This document shows positions 18,587-28,480 of a stretch of 40,814 nucleotides of DNA, piece after piece. The translations under genes and the position numbers were made by a program. This DNA is from Candidatus Bipolaricaulota bacterium (GTDB lineage: Bacteria; Bipolaricaulota; Bipolaricaulia; UBA7950; UBA9294): positions 1-40,814 of the forward strand of contig DAOVAR010000003.1 in the NCBI GenBank assembly GCA_030670905.1, given 5' to 3'. Under the pieces are notes generated by a model. The model saw only the letters and a program-made list of their open reading frames with translations. It searched no databases and had not been told where the DNA came from. Each line of letters starts with the position of its first letter. Position 1 is the first letter of the stretch.

Positions 18587-19339
18587 CTAGGTGTGATCCT
18601 CCTTGCTCTGGAAGAACTTAAAAAGATCAATCGGAACAGGGAAGACAATAGTTGAGGCGTTTTCTGCTGAAATATCGACCAAGCTCTGCAGGTAGCGAAG
18701 CTGTAGTGCGGCTGGGTTCTTGCTGATTATACCAGCCGCTTCAGAGAGTTTGGACGCCGCTTGTAGTTCACCTTGAGCGTTGATGATCTTGGCGCGGCGT
18801 TCACGCTCAGCTTCAGCCTGTCGGGCTATTGCTCGTTGCATGTCTCCTGGGATCTTCACATCTTTGATCTCTACCGATTTTACCTTAATCCCCCATGGAT
18901 CCGTTTGCTCGTCGATAATCTCCTGTAGTTGTAGGTTGATTCTTTCACGCTCCCCTAGAACATCATCAAGCTCTACTCCTCCGAGGATGCTGCGCAGCGT
19001 GGTCATAGCGATCTGTCTCGTCGCTTCTAGAAAGTCTTCGACTTCTACCACCGATGCACAGGGATCAACTACTCGGAAGAAGAGAACCGCGTTCACGCTT
19101 GTTGTCACGTTATCTTTGGTGATCACTTCCTGTGGGGGAACATCAAGTACTATTGTGCGTAGACTGATCTTCACCATCTTATCAATAACTGGGATAATGA
19201 AAAACAACCCGGGTCCTTTAGCCCCAACCAGACGTCCAAGGCGGAAGATAACTCCCCGCTCATACTCTCGCACAATCCGGATCGCATTGGACAAGAACAA
19301 TACGACTACTGCAACAATCGCTCCGATAGTGATTGCCAT
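18587..19339 (-). CDS. SPFH/stomatin (slipin) family membrane protein
   Basis: [68 protein letters not shown]; start ATG 19339 after GGAGGT. Confidence 0.95.
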   Translation of the reverse strand: MAITIGAIVAVVVLFLSNAIRIVREYERGVIFRLGRLVGAKGPGLFFIIPVIDKMVKISLRTIVLDVPPQEVITKDNVTTSVNAVLFFRVVDPCASVVEVEDFLEATRQIAMTTLRSILGGVELDDVLGERERINLQLQEIIDEQTDPWGIKVKSVEIKDVKIPGDMQRAIARQAEAERERRAKIINAQGELQAASKLSEAAGIISKNPAALQLRYLQSLVDISAENASTIVFPVPIDLFKFFQSKEDHT

Positions 19340-19376
19340 CTCATACCTCCTGTTTTTTCTCGTGATAGTTCCATCG

Positions 19377-19437
19377 ATCATAGATTAGCGCTTCTAGAAA
19401 GTCAATTGTTTAACCGTGCTGACATAGGTGATATAAT
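19377..19437. promoter_or_regulatory. Back-to-back divergent sigma70 promoters for SPFH-mnmG and tpiA-pgsA
   Basis: Minus: TTGACT (19405-19400), 17 nt, TATGAT (19382-19377). Plus: TTTAAC (19409-19414), 17 nt, TGn-TATAAT (19432-19437). Confidence 0.75.
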
Positions 19438-19463
19438 GCCTTAAGATCGGAGACAGATAAGAA

Positions 19464-20231
19464 ATGCGCAATAGATTAGTTGCTGGCAACTGGAAGATGA
19501 ATAAGACTCCCGCACAAACAGATGTCTTTATCAACCGTTTCCTGGAACTCGTGGATAGCAACCATGCCGCAGAGATCCTCCTCTTACCGCCATTTACCAG
19601 CTTGGACTGGGCGGGCAAGCTACTTGCAGGGGTAGGAATTTCTCTTGGCGCGCAAGACCTCTACTTTGAGCCTAGTGGTCCGTTTACCGGAGAAATCTCG
19701 GCAGAAATACTACTGGCATGTCATTGTTCATACGTTCTAGTCGGTCACTCGGAGCGCCGAACTATCCTTAACGAAAATGAAACATTGGTTAACCGAAAGG
19801 TATTAGCGGCAACTGCTTCCGGAATTCGACCCATCTTTTGTGTGGGTGAAACGCTAAGGGAACACCAACAGGGGAAAGCAAGGGAACGGATTTGTTTCCA
19901 GCTTGAACACGGTCTTGCCGGAATGGATCAACAAGATGCTGCATCGGCGGTGATTGCTTATGAACCGTTGTGGGCGATTGGAACTGGCGAAACTGCCTCG
20001 CCCCAAGCCGCACAGGAAACGATTAACATGATTCGTAAGTGGCTTGCTGTTGTCTATGATGATTCACTATCACAAGGGACGCGTATCTTGTACGGCGGAA
20101 GCGTAAATCCCGAGAACACCGCTGCACTACTCGACCAGCCAGATATCGACGGGGTTCTGGTAGGTGGGGCATCCCTGTCTCCAGAAACATTTGCTCAAAT
20201 CGCTAACTGTGCGGGACAATCCGCTACATAG
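19464..20231 (+). CDS. tpiA: Triosephosphate isomerase
   Basis: AGNWKMN, GHSERR, CVGE, AYEPLWAIGTG, LYGGSV, GVLVGGASL. Confidence 0.98.
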   Translation: MRNRLVAGNWKMNKTPAQTDVFINRFLELVDSNHAAEILLLPPFTSLDWAGKLLAGVGISLGAQDLYFEPSGPFTGEISAEILLACHCSYVLVGHSERRTILNENETLVNRKVLAATASGIRPIFCVGETLREHQQGKARERICFQLEHGLAGMDQQDAASAVIAYEPLWAIGTGETASPQAAQETINMIRKWLAVVYDDSLSQGTRILYGGSVNPENTAALLDQPDIDGVLVGGASLSPETFAQIANCAGQSAT

Positions 20232-20250
20232 GCCGGAAAAAAGGAAACAA

Positions 20251-20802
20251 ATGCTTCGTACAATTCCGAACCAAATTACACTTGCCCGTATGGCAAGCGT
20301 TCCCCTGTTTATGTTCCTCCTCCTGTCAAGAACACCGCTTACCACGATTCTTGCTATCACTATTTTCTCACTTGCTGCGATTTCCGACGCAGTTGATGGA
20401 TATCTTGCTCGCGCCCTGAAGCAGACCACCCTACTTGGTAAGTTTGCCGATCCGATCGCCGATAAACTAATTGTAGTGGGAGCATTGATCTCGTTTGTTC
20501 AATTAGGGGAACTAACCGCTGCGCCGGTAATGGTGATCGTGGCTCGGGAGTTTCTCATTACAGGCTTGCGTATCCTTGCCATAGCTCAAGGAAAAGTGAT
20601 TGCGGCAAGTTTCCTTGGGAAGCTAAAGACCATTTCTCAGATTGGCCTAGTCCTAGTTATTCTTGCCAGTCGGTATTTTGAGTGGGGGAGAGCAGGACAA
20701 ACCACCAAATACACGTTCTTGTACTTTGCTGTTGCCCTGGCTGTTCTCTCTGCTGGAGAATACTTCTATCGTTCTCGCAAGCTGTTCAGCGAACAGCCAT
20801 GA
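20251..20802 (+). CDS. pgsA: CDP-diacylglycerol--glycerol-3-phosphate 3-phosphatidyltransferase
   Basis: PNQITLAR, DAVDGYLAR...T.LGKFADPIADK, AREFLITGLR, GKLKT; start ATG 20251. Confidence 0.93.
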   Translation: MLRTIPNQITLARMASVPLFMFLLLSRTPLTTILAITIFSLAAISDAVDGYLARALKQTTLLGKFADPIADKLIVVGALISFVQLGELTAAPVMVIVAREFLITGLRILAIAQGKVIAASFLGKLKTISQIGLVLVILASRYFEWGRAGQTTKYTFLYFAVALAVLSAGEYFYRSRKLFSEQP

Positions 20803-20852
20803 CGGAGAATCGATGGTCGCTGGTGGACAGGTGCAGTGAAGGAGACACTCTA

Positions 20853-21575
20853 GTGGCGCGAAATAGAACGGTCGGTATCTTGGGTGGAATGGGGCCGGAA
20901 GCAACCCTGGAGCTCTTCCGACAGATCATTGCATTGACTCCTGCGCGCAAGGACCAGGACCATCTACACATAGTCATCGACAGCAATCCATTAATACCCG
21001 ATCGCACGGCTGCGATCTTAGAAGAGGACGAAAGCCCGCTTCCGATGATGATCAAGGGCGCAAGGGTGCTGGAGCAAGCCGGGGCGGATTTCCTCGTGAT
21101 ACCCTGTAATACCGCCCATCACTGGCTCTCATATCTGCGAAAGGCTGTCTCTATACCCATTATCGATATGATCAGCGAAACGGCAACCGCCGTCGCTTCC
21201 TGCAATCCGCCCATTAAGGCGGTGGGCTTACTGGCAACAATGGGGACAGTTAACTGTGGCCTTTACCAACAAGCGTTGGGTGATCATGATGTTTCCTTGC
21301 TTGTGTCGGCGGATCAGGAACAGGCGCGGATCATGGATGCCATAACACATATCAAGGCGGGAGACCACTCACTGAAAGGCACGGTTATGGCAGTGGCTCA
21401 GCACTTAATTGATCAAGGGGCAAGCGGGATCATCTCTGGGTGTACGGAGCTTTCTCTAGTGGTCAAAGAAGCTGCTCTCTCCTGTCCCCTTTTCGATCCG
21501 CTCTCGATTCTCGCCCGCCGAGCGGTAGAGTGGGCCAAGGAGAACTCCGCCCAATCGCAATGTCTACGCTACTGA
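20853..21575 (+). CDS. PLP-independent aspartate/glutamate racemase family protein
   Basis: GILGGMGPEAT, DQDH, IPDRT, catalytic PCNTAH and GCTELS cysteines; GTG start after GGAG. Confidence 0.92.
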   Translation: MARNRTVGILGGMGPEATLELFRQIIALTPARKDQDHLHIVIDSNPLIPDRTAAILEEDESPLPMMIKGARVLEQAGADFLVIPCNTAHHWLSYLRKAVSIPIIDMISETATAVASCNPPIKAVGLLATMGTVNCGLYQQALGDHDVSLLVSADQEQARIMDAITHIKAGDHSLKGTVMAVAQHLIDQGASGIISGCTELSLVVKEAALSCPLFDPLSILARRAVEWAKENSAQSQCLRY

Positions 21576-22636
21576 TCGAGCACGGCGTTCGGATCGGTCG
21601 GATACCTCCCGGCGCCACTAACAGTCTTACGGACGTTTCCGGCGTACGGGTCGGCCACACAACACTGATTGATGCGAGCGACGTTCGCACCGGTGTCACG
21701 GCAATCGTTCCCCATTCAGGTAACGTCTTCTACGAAAAAGTCAACGCTGCCGCAGTGACGATCAACGGATTCGGGAAAGCGATTGGCCTCCCGCAGATCA
21801 ACGAATTCGGTACGATCGAGACTCCAATCCTGTTGACGAACACCCTTAACGTGGGAAAAGTAAGCGATGCCTTGATTTCATGGGTCCTTCAACATTATCA
21901 GCTTCCACAGCGCTCAATTACCTCGATTAACCCAATCGTTGCCGAGTGTAACGATTCATACCTGAACGACATTCAGGCACGATACGTGAAAGAAGAGGAC
22001 GTTTTCAGGGCGCTGGATAACGCTTCCACTGAGCCAGTCAGAGAGGGCGTGGTCGGCGCGGGAGCTGGTGTTTCTGCGTTTGAGTTTAAGAGCGGTATTG
22101 GGAGCGCTTCGCGAGTAATCGATATCAATGGAGAGCGTTATACCATTGGCGCTCTCTCACTTCCCAATTTCGGAAGTCGAGAAGAATTGGTTATGAACGG
22201 AGTTCCCGTGGGGTGGAAACTGCGGGCTTATGAGAGAGATCTTGTTACTCGAAAAGAAGAGGGATCGATTGTGATCGTGATCGCAACCGACCTTCCTCTT
22301 TCGCATCGGCAACTGGTTCGGATTGGAAAGCGGGCGAGCTTCGGCATTGCTCGCACCGGAGGTATGTGCCACAACGGAAGTGGGGAGTTTGTTATCGCCT
22401 TTAGCGTCGCCAACAAGGTTCCCGATAGTCCCATGCACGTTTTTCTCAACGAACGAAGGTTGAACGACACACACTCATTGATCGACACTGTCTTTCAAGC
22501 CACAATAGAAGCGGTTGAAGAATCGATCCTTTCCGCACTCTGTGCCGCGGAAAGTACTACAGGGAAAGAGGGCCATAGGTCGGTCAAGCTCCCCATCGGC
22601 AAGGCTCTCTCCATCCTCAGCGAGCACTTGGCTTGA
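21560..22636 (+). CDS. P1/S58 family peptidase (DmpA-like L-aminopeptidase/D-amidase)
   Basis: NSLTDVSGVRVGH, RTGVT, NGFGK..G..QI.E.G.IETPILLTNT, ECNDS.LNDI, GAGAG, KSGIGSASR, G|S autoprocessing site GSIVIVIATD. Confidence 0.92.
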   Translation: MSTLLIEHGVRIGRIPPGATNSLTDVSGVRVGHTTLIDASDVRTGVTAIVPHSGNVFYEKVNAAAVTINGFGKAIGLPQINEFGTIETPILLTNTLNVGKVSDALISWVLQHYQLPQRSITSINPIVAECNDSYLNDIQARYVKEEDVFRALDNASTEPVREGVVGAGAGVSAFEFKSGIGSASRVIDINGERYTIGALSLPNFGSREELVMNGVPVGWKLRAYERDLVTRKEEGSIVIVIATDLPLSHRQLVRIGKRASFGIARTGGMCHNGSGEFVIAFSVANKVPDSPMHVFLNERRLNDTHSLIDTVFQATIEAVEESILSALCAAESTTGKEGHRSVKLPIGKALSILSEHLA

Positions 22637-22665
22637 TCGATACGATGATCTGTACACAACAACAG

Positions 22666-22682
22666 TACATCACGATCTGCAG
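22666..22682 (+). repeat. 17-bp intergenic direct repeat, copy 1
   Basis: TACATCACGATCTGCAG is identical to 38130-38146. Confidence 0.85.
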
Positions 22683-22830
22683 GTAAGCTCCCATGCTAAC
22701 AGAGTTTTCATCACTTGGAGCTTAGAAATCTAGGATTCGGAACCCTGGTGTTATGGTTAATGGCCCTTACTTTCTCAGAAAGCAAAATGGCCTAAGATTG
22801 TGTTATTGTAGCCTTACAGGAGGAATGTGT

Positions 22831-23994
22831 ATGAGCACGCTTACTCACTTAGAATGCAGTTATTGCGGAAAGGAATACGATGCAGATGTGCTTCAAACGC
22901 TATGCCCCAAATGCGGCAAGCCACTTTTTGCATGCTATGATCTAGAAGGAACCAAGAAGAAATGGCCGCGCGAAAGCCTTAGGAACCGTGAAACAACGTT
23001 ATGGCGCTATCGGGAGATCCTTCCAGTTAAAGATAAGGCAAATGCGGTTACCCTAGGAGAAGGATATACTCCGCTCTTCCCCGCGAAACGACTGGGGAAA
23101 GAGCTTGGGATGAGCAACCTGTTCATCAAGGATGAAGGGCTCAATCCAACTGGATCGTTCAAGGCGCGTGGACTGTGCATGGCAATCTCCCGTGCGAAGG
23201 AACTAGGGGTGAAAGAAGTAGTCATTCCTTCAGCGGGGAACGCCGCGGGTGCAATGGCTGCATATGCTGCAAAAGCAGGCATGGTTGCCCATGTATTCAT
23301 GCCGCAGGATGTCCCGTTGCCGTTTCAGATGGAGTGTCGGGCATACGGGGCACAGGTCACCCTCGTTTATGGACTGATTACCGAATGTAGCCAACAGGCA
23401 AGACAGGCTGCCTCAAAACATGGTTGGTTCGACCTATCAACCCTTAAGGAGCCGTATCGCGTTGAGGGAAAGAAGACAATGGGTTACGAATTGGCAGAAG
23501 CGTTCAATTGGGACCTCCCTGACGTTATCTTCTATCCAACCGGTGGCGGAACTGGCCTCATTGGTATGTGGAAGGCATTCTCCGAAATGGCGAAACTTGG
23601 CTGGATTGGAGAGAAGCGACCTCGAATGGTCGTAGTACAGGCAGATGGGTGTGCTCCCATTCCACGAGCATTTAAAGCTGGTGAAGAGTTTGCCAAACCA
23701 TGGGAGAATGCAGCGACTGTAGCCGCAGGGTTGCGTGTCCCCGGAGCGATCGGTGATTTCCTAATCCTGCGAGCAGTACGAGAAAGCAGCGGTACAGCTG
23801 TTGCTGTTTCTGATGAAGCTCTCATCCTGGCACAGAGCCGTATGGCGAGCCGTGAGGGTGTTTTCGCTTGCCCCGAAGGAGGTGCAACACTCGCTGCTCT
23901 AGAGAAGCTACTTGCCAAGGGTTAGATTGGGAAAGAAGAGAAGGTTGTCCTATTCAATACCGGTACTGGGCTCAAGTACCCAGAAGCAACCTGA
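22831..23994 (+). pseudogene. thrC: Threonine synthase family PLP enzyme interrupted by an in-frame TAG at 23923-23925
   Basis: CxxC..CxxC N-terminus, TLGEGYTPL, NPTGSFKARG, PSAGNA, EGKKTMGYE, YPTGGGTG, CPEGGA. After the TAG the same frame continues IGKEEKVVLFNTGTGLKYPEAT to TGA at 23992-23994, the conserved family C-terminus. Confidence 0.8.
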
Positions 23995-24157
23995 GTCTCT
24001 CTTCCTAACAGCTGTCGCGCAAGTGCTCCAGAGAAAAGGAGTTACCAGCGAGAACGTTAAAGGAGATAACTAGGATTCTTTTCCCCTTAGTTGAATAGTA
24101 GTTACAATGAGGATGAATGCTGTCGGTAGTGCGACATTTGGTAACAGGGAGGAAGAA

Positions 24158-25180
24158 GTGCAAATTGGGGCAATTAAGCGGAGTAGGCTGGGGATATTTC
24201 CTACACCTTTGGAGGAACTGAAGATGCTCAGTTCTTCATTGGGTGGACCGCGAATCTTCATCAAGAGAGATGATCTTGACGGGCTTGGGCTTGGAGGGAA
24301 TAAATTGAGGAAGTTGGAGTATGCTATGGCAGAGGCTCTTTCACAACGTGCGACCACGGTGATCACTACCGGAGCAGTGCAATCCAACCATTGCCGCCTC
24401 GTCGTAGCTGCAGCAAACAAGTTGGGCCTGAAGACCCACCTCGTCCTTGTCGGTGAGGAGCCCCGCATAGCCACAGGAAACCTTCTTTTGGACAAGATCC
24501 TAGGAGCGGCCGAAATCCACTATGTTGTTAAACCTGATGCTTACGGAAATATCAAAGAGGGCTCAGATCCTGTAGATGAAAAGGTTCAAGAAATCAAGGA
24601 AAGGCTGATATCTCAAGGAGAGAAGCCTTACTACATCCCAAATGGTTGCCGTCCCCTTCATGGTGGTTTGGGTTACGCTAACTGCGTCCGGGAAATTGTT
24701 GATCAGCTCTACTACTATGATTTGGCCCCTAGTTCCATTATCACGGCCTGTGGATCAGCCAGCACTCAAGGAGGTCTCCTTTTAGGTAGCAGGTTGTATT
24801 GCCAAGGAATGACGCAAGTGATCGGCATAAGTATATCCCACTCCAAGGATCAACTGATCGCAAGAATTGAAGAGGCACTGGATGATGCGTGTTCCTTCTT
24901 GGGGTTGGAGTATAAAACTACCCAGGAGGTTATTGTTTACGACAACTACCTGGGGGATGGATATGGTCTTCCTACTCAAGCTATGAAGGAAGCTGTGAAA
25001 TTGGTGGGCCAAAAGGAAGGGATTATTCTAGATCCCGTATATACGGGCAAAGCCATGGCCGGGCTCATTGATCTAGTTCGCAAGGGGCAATTTCGAAAGG
25101 AGGAGGCCATAGTGTTTATTCACACTGGTGGGATTCCAGGCCTGTTTGCAGAAGAACAAGCCATTCATTTTCAAAGATAG
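24158..25180 (+). CDS. D-cysteine desulfhydrase-type PLP enzyme (ACC deaminase/DCD family)
   Basis: PTPLE, IKRDD, GGNKLRKLEY, QSNHCR, GNLLLD, LDPVYTGKA, HTGG. The T/T residues argue against a true ACC deaminase (E/L). GTG start after GGAGG. Confidence 0.88.
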   Translation: MQIGAIKRSRLGIFPTPLEELKMLSSSLGGPRIFIKRDDLDGLGLGGNKLRKLEYAMAEALSQRATTVITTGAVQSNHCRLVVAAANKLGLKTHLVLVGEEPRIATGNLLLDKILGAAEIHYVVKPDAYGNIKEGSDPVDEKVQEIKERLISQGEKPYYIPNGCRPLHGGLGYANCVREIVDQLYYYDLAPSSIITACGSASTQGGLLLGSRLYCQGMTQVIGISISHSKDQLIARIEEALDDACSFLGLEYKTTQEVIVYDNYLGDGYGLPTQAMKEAVKLVGQKEGIILDPVYTGKAMAGLIDLVRKGQFRKEEAIVFIHTGGIPGLFAEEQAIHFQR

Positions 25181-25198
25181 GCAAGAGGAGATGATAGC

Positions 25199-26410
25199 AT
25201 GTTAGTGATTAGGGGTGGAACGATCATAACGCCGGATAAGGTCATTAAAGAAGGATCTGTCCTGATTGATGAAGGGAAGATCGCTCAAGTCGGAAAAGAC
25301 ATCGCTGTTCCCGCAGGGGCGAAAGTGGTCGAAGCTGGAGGTAAATTCATAATCCCTGGCATGATTGATGCCCACTGTCACACTGGAGTTTTCGCTGACG
25401 GGGTGGGGTGGGAGAAGAGTGACGGTAATGAGATGACCGATCCTATCACTCCTCATCTGAGAGCGATTGATGCCGTTCATCCCGATGATATGGCCTTTAA
25501 AGACTTGAGGGAAGCAGGCGTCACGACCATCAATACAGGGCCGGGTAGCGCAAACGTGATCGGCGGTCAGACAGTCGTGATCAAGACCTGTGGCAAAACA
25601 GTTGATGAAATGCTCGTTTGCGCTCCTGTAGCGATGAAAATGGCGCTTGGGGAGAATCCAAAGAGAGTCTACGGAGAGCAAAAGAAAACCCCCTCTACTC
25701 GAATGGGTAATGCCGGAGTGCTTAGGGAATGGCTTATGAAGGCTCAGGACTATCAAGACAAAAGAGAGCGTTATGAGCAGCAACTTACAGACTACAAAGC
25801 AAATAGAGGTAATGGAAAAGAGCCCGAACCTCCCGAGAGAGACCTTCGCCTGCAAGCGCTTGGCCGAGTCTTGAAAAGAGAGATTCCCGCCCATGTACAT
25901 GCTCATCGCGCTGATGACATGTTGACGGCCCTACGTATAGCGGCCGAATTCAATTTTAGGGTGATTTTCATCCATGCTACAGAAGGATATAAAGTGGCAG
26001 GCATTCTGGCAAAGGAAGGTATCCCTTGCGTGGTCGGCCCAATCCTCTTTTCGCGGACCAAGTATGAACTGCGCGGCATGAACCCTAAGAATCCAGCAAT
26101 ACTTTCGGAAGCCGGTGTGAAGGTAGCTATTCAGACCGATCAGATGTCCGCCGTGAAGTACATTCTGTTTGACGCTGCCCTTGCAGTAAGAGAGGGAATG
26201 GATGAACAGGAAGCGATTAGAGCAATCACCATCTACCCAGCAGAGATTCTGGGAATAGCGAACAGAGTTGGAAGCCTCGAAGAAGAAAAAGACGCGGATG
26301 TAGTAATCATGAGCGGTCCTCCTTTAGATGTAAAGGATTCAAGGGTAGAAAGGGTGTTTATCGCCGGTAAGCAGGTATACAACCGAGAAACCGAGGAAGC
26401 AAGAACGTGA
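25199..26410 (+). CDS. Metal-dependent amidohydrolase
   Basis: PGMIDAHCH, DGNEMTDP.TP, PGSANVIGG, KMALGENPKRVY, HAHRADD, H.TEG, TD. Confidence 0.9.
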   Translation: MLVIRGGTIITPDKVIKEGSVLIDEGKIAQVGKDIAVPAGAKVVEAGGKFIIPGMIDAHCHTGVFADGVGWEKSDGNEMTDPITPHLRAIDAVHPDDMAFKDLREAGVTTINTGPGSANVIGGQTVVIKTCGKTVDEMLVCAPVAMKMALGENPKRVYGEQKKTPSTRMGNAGVLREWLMKAQDYQDKRERYEQQLTDYKANRGNGKEPEPPERDLRLQALGRVLKREIPAHVHAHRADDMLTALRIAAEFNFRVIFIHATEGYKVAGILAKEGIPCVVGPILFSRTKYELRGMNPKNPAILSEAGVKVAIQTDQMSAVKYILFDAALAVREGMDEQEAIRAITIYPAEILGIANRVGSLEEEKDADVVIMSGPPLDVKDSRVERVFIAGKQVYNRETEEART

Positions 26411-26419
26411 TCGGAACAT

Positions 26420-28480
26420 ATGGCTCAGATGCTAATAGGAGTTGATATCGGGGGAACGTTCACCGATATTGTCGTCACTGACGTGGGGCGCCTTCACTCA
26501 TTCAAAACTGCTTCGACCCCACAGAACCCAGCTGACGGAGTCATTGCCGCGTTATCCCACCTCATCCAGCGGGGAGTGATCATTCCCGAACAGGTAGAAC
26601 GAATTGTGCATGGTTCCACTGTGGCAACCAATGCTCTTCTAGAGGGAACGTGGGCAAAGACCGCTCTTGTAACAACGCAGGGCTTTGGTGATGTTCTGGA
26701 AATTGGGCGGCAGAATCGCCCCAAGCTGTACGATCTGTTCTTCGAGCGACCCTTCCCTATGGTTTCACGAGATCTTCGCTTTGAGGTAGCAGAACGGGTA
26801 GATGCTCAGGGAAACGTTATCCGGCCGTTGGCAAGAGAGGATGTACAGCAATTGCTCCCCCGCTTGCGCGCGGCGGGTGTGACTGCGGTAGCTGTGGTGT
26901 TCCTTTTCTCCTACCTTAACCCAACGCATGAGCAGGCAATAGGGGATTCTATCGCTACCGCCTTGAACATACCAGTGATCCTATCCAGTGATATCCTTCC
27001 TGAGTTTCGCGAGTTTGAGCGAACGTCAACTACGGTGGTGAGCGCGGCTCTTCGACCGATCATCGGAGACTACCTAACCTCACTGGAAGGCGGCGCAAGC
27101 GAGAACGGGTTGACTACCCGCTGGCAGATTATGCAGTCGAATGGAGCTATTGCCAGCACGGATTATGCCCAAACAAACCCGGCGCGGATCCTCCTCTCCG
27201 GTCCGGCGGCGGGAGTTGAAGGAGCCCGAGTGGTTGGCAAGCTTACTGGGTTCAACGATCTGATCACGTTCGACATGGGAGGGACAAGCTGCGATGTCTC
27301 GCTCATCAGGGATGGCATGCTTAGCCGCACAACCAAAGGGCAAGTCGGTAACTACCCGGTAGGGCTTCCGATGGTCGACATCCACACCATAGGGGCTGGA
27401 GGGGGAAGTATTGCCTGGGTCGATCATGGTGGCGCCTTGCGTGTCGGGCCAAAAAGTGCGGGGGCATCCCCTGGACCAGCCTGTTACGACCATGGCGGCC
27501 TGGAACCGACGGTTACCGACGCTCACCTTGTGCTGGGGCATCTTCTTGCCTCCTATCCCGTTGGGGAACTCGATCATCTTGACATAGCTGCTGCAAGAAC
27601 AGCAGTGGAAAGAATAGCCAGCCCGCTCGGTATCACGGTTGAAGAGGCTGCTCTTGGTATGCTTGAAATAGCTGATGCCGCCATGGAGCGAGCGATTCGG
27701 ATAATCTCGATTGAGCGGGGATACGATCCGCGTGAATTCTCCCTCCTCGCTTTCGGCGGCGCCGGTCCACTGCACGCTGTCTCTATCGCCCACCGGCTCG
27801 CCATTCCTAGGGTAATCGTTCCTGCCATAGCCGGCGTGCTATCTGCGTTCGGTCTCGTTGCCGCGGAGGTCGGACACGATCTCAGCCAAGGCGTTCTGCG
27901 GCCGTTGCGTGAGTGCGAGCCAGCAATGATTAAGGGAATTCTTTCACAGTTGTATGACCGTACACAGACCGAGCTCACAGCGGAAGGGGTGGAGAAGGGA
28001 GCGATTCGCTTCCACGTTTCAGCGGATCTGCGCTACTTGGGACAGGCACATGAGCTCAACGTGCCACTCCTGGACGTAAGTGCAAAGGATACCGAGCCAT
28101 CGGCGATCGACACCACGTTCATGAGCCGGATTGTGTCAGCGTTCCACGCGGAACACTCCCGGCGGTATGGACATGCTGCCAATAAGGAAGCCGTAGAACT
28201 AGTTGCCTTAAGGGTGCGCGCGGTGGGACCTCCAACAGACGTGGCACTTACAGGAACATTCAGGGGAAAAGAGCAGGAATGCGAGACAACAAGGGTGAAT
28301 TCCTGGTTCACGAAGGAAAGCCCGATGGAAGCGCATGTGGTACACCGTAGCGACCTTCTCCTCGAAAGCGACCTCGCTGGGCCGGCAATCGTGTTTAGTG
28401 AGGATACAACAACCCTGCTTCCACCAGGGACGAATGGTCGGATTGATAAACATGGCAACCTGATTCTGGAGATTCGATGA
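26420..28480 (+). CDS. Hydantoinase A / 5-oxoprolinase family subunit A
   Basis: GVDIGGTFTD, HGSTVATNA, PEFREFERTSTT, SGPAAG, DMGGTSCD, GAGGGSI, GPACY, FGGAGPLH, RYLGQAHEL. Confidence 0.94.
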   Translation: MAQMLIGVDIGGTFTDIVVTDVGRLHSFKTASTPQNPADGVIAALSHLIQRGVIIPEQVERIVHGSTVATNALLEGTWAKTALVTTQGFGDVLEIGRQNRPKLYDLFFERPFPMVSRDLRFEVAERVDAQGNVIRPLAREDVQQLLPRLRAAGVTAVAVVFLFSYLNPTHEQAIGDSIATALNIPVILSSDILPEFREFERTSTTVVSAALRPIIGDYLTSLEGGASENGLTTRWQIMQSNGAIASTDYAQTNPARILLSGPAAGVEGARVVGKLTGFNDLITFDMGGTSCDVSLIRDGMLSRTTKGQVGNYPVGLPMVDIHTIGAGGGSIAWVDHGGALRVGPKSAGASPGPACYDHGGLEPTVTDAHLVLGHLLASYPVGELDHLDIAAARTAVERIASPLGITVEEAALGMLEIADAAMERAIRIISIERGYDPREFSLLAFGGAGPLHAVSIAHRLAIPRVIVPAIAGVLSAFGLVAAEVGHDLSQGVLRPLRECEPAMIKGILSQLYDRTQTELTAEGVEKGAIRFHVSADLRYLGQAHELNVPLLDVSAKDTEPSAIDTTFMSRIVSAFHAEHSRRYGHAANKEAVELVALRVRAVGPPTDVALTGTFRGKEQECETTRVNSWFTKESPMEAHVVHRSDLLLESDLAGPAIVFSEDTTTLLPPGTNGRIDKHGNLILEIR

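Noticed and set aside
18780-19388. Long antisense ORFs (for example 18780-19388 +, 25202-25906 -, 27080-27793 -, 8006-8569 -, 39946-40494 -)
   Set aside because: They lie opposite well-supported genes and have no family motifs; shadow ORFs.
23923-23925. Genome-wide TAG reassignment
   Set aside because: tpiA, the permeases, hydantoinase B, the aminotransferase and others end at TAG exactly where their families end.
11007-24075. GATAACTAGGAT shared by ~11007 and ~24064
   Set aside because: A 12-bp match is expected by chance in 40 kb, and one copy is coding.
23995-24157. Riboswitch or T-box before the D-cysteine-desulfhydrase-type gene
   Set aside because: Only short inverted matches (GTTACCA/TGGTAAC); no recognisable aptamer or T-box consensus.
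24158-25180. ACC deaminase (acdS)
   Set aside because: Has LDPVYTGK and HTGG rather than the E and L residues diagnostic of true ACC deaminases.
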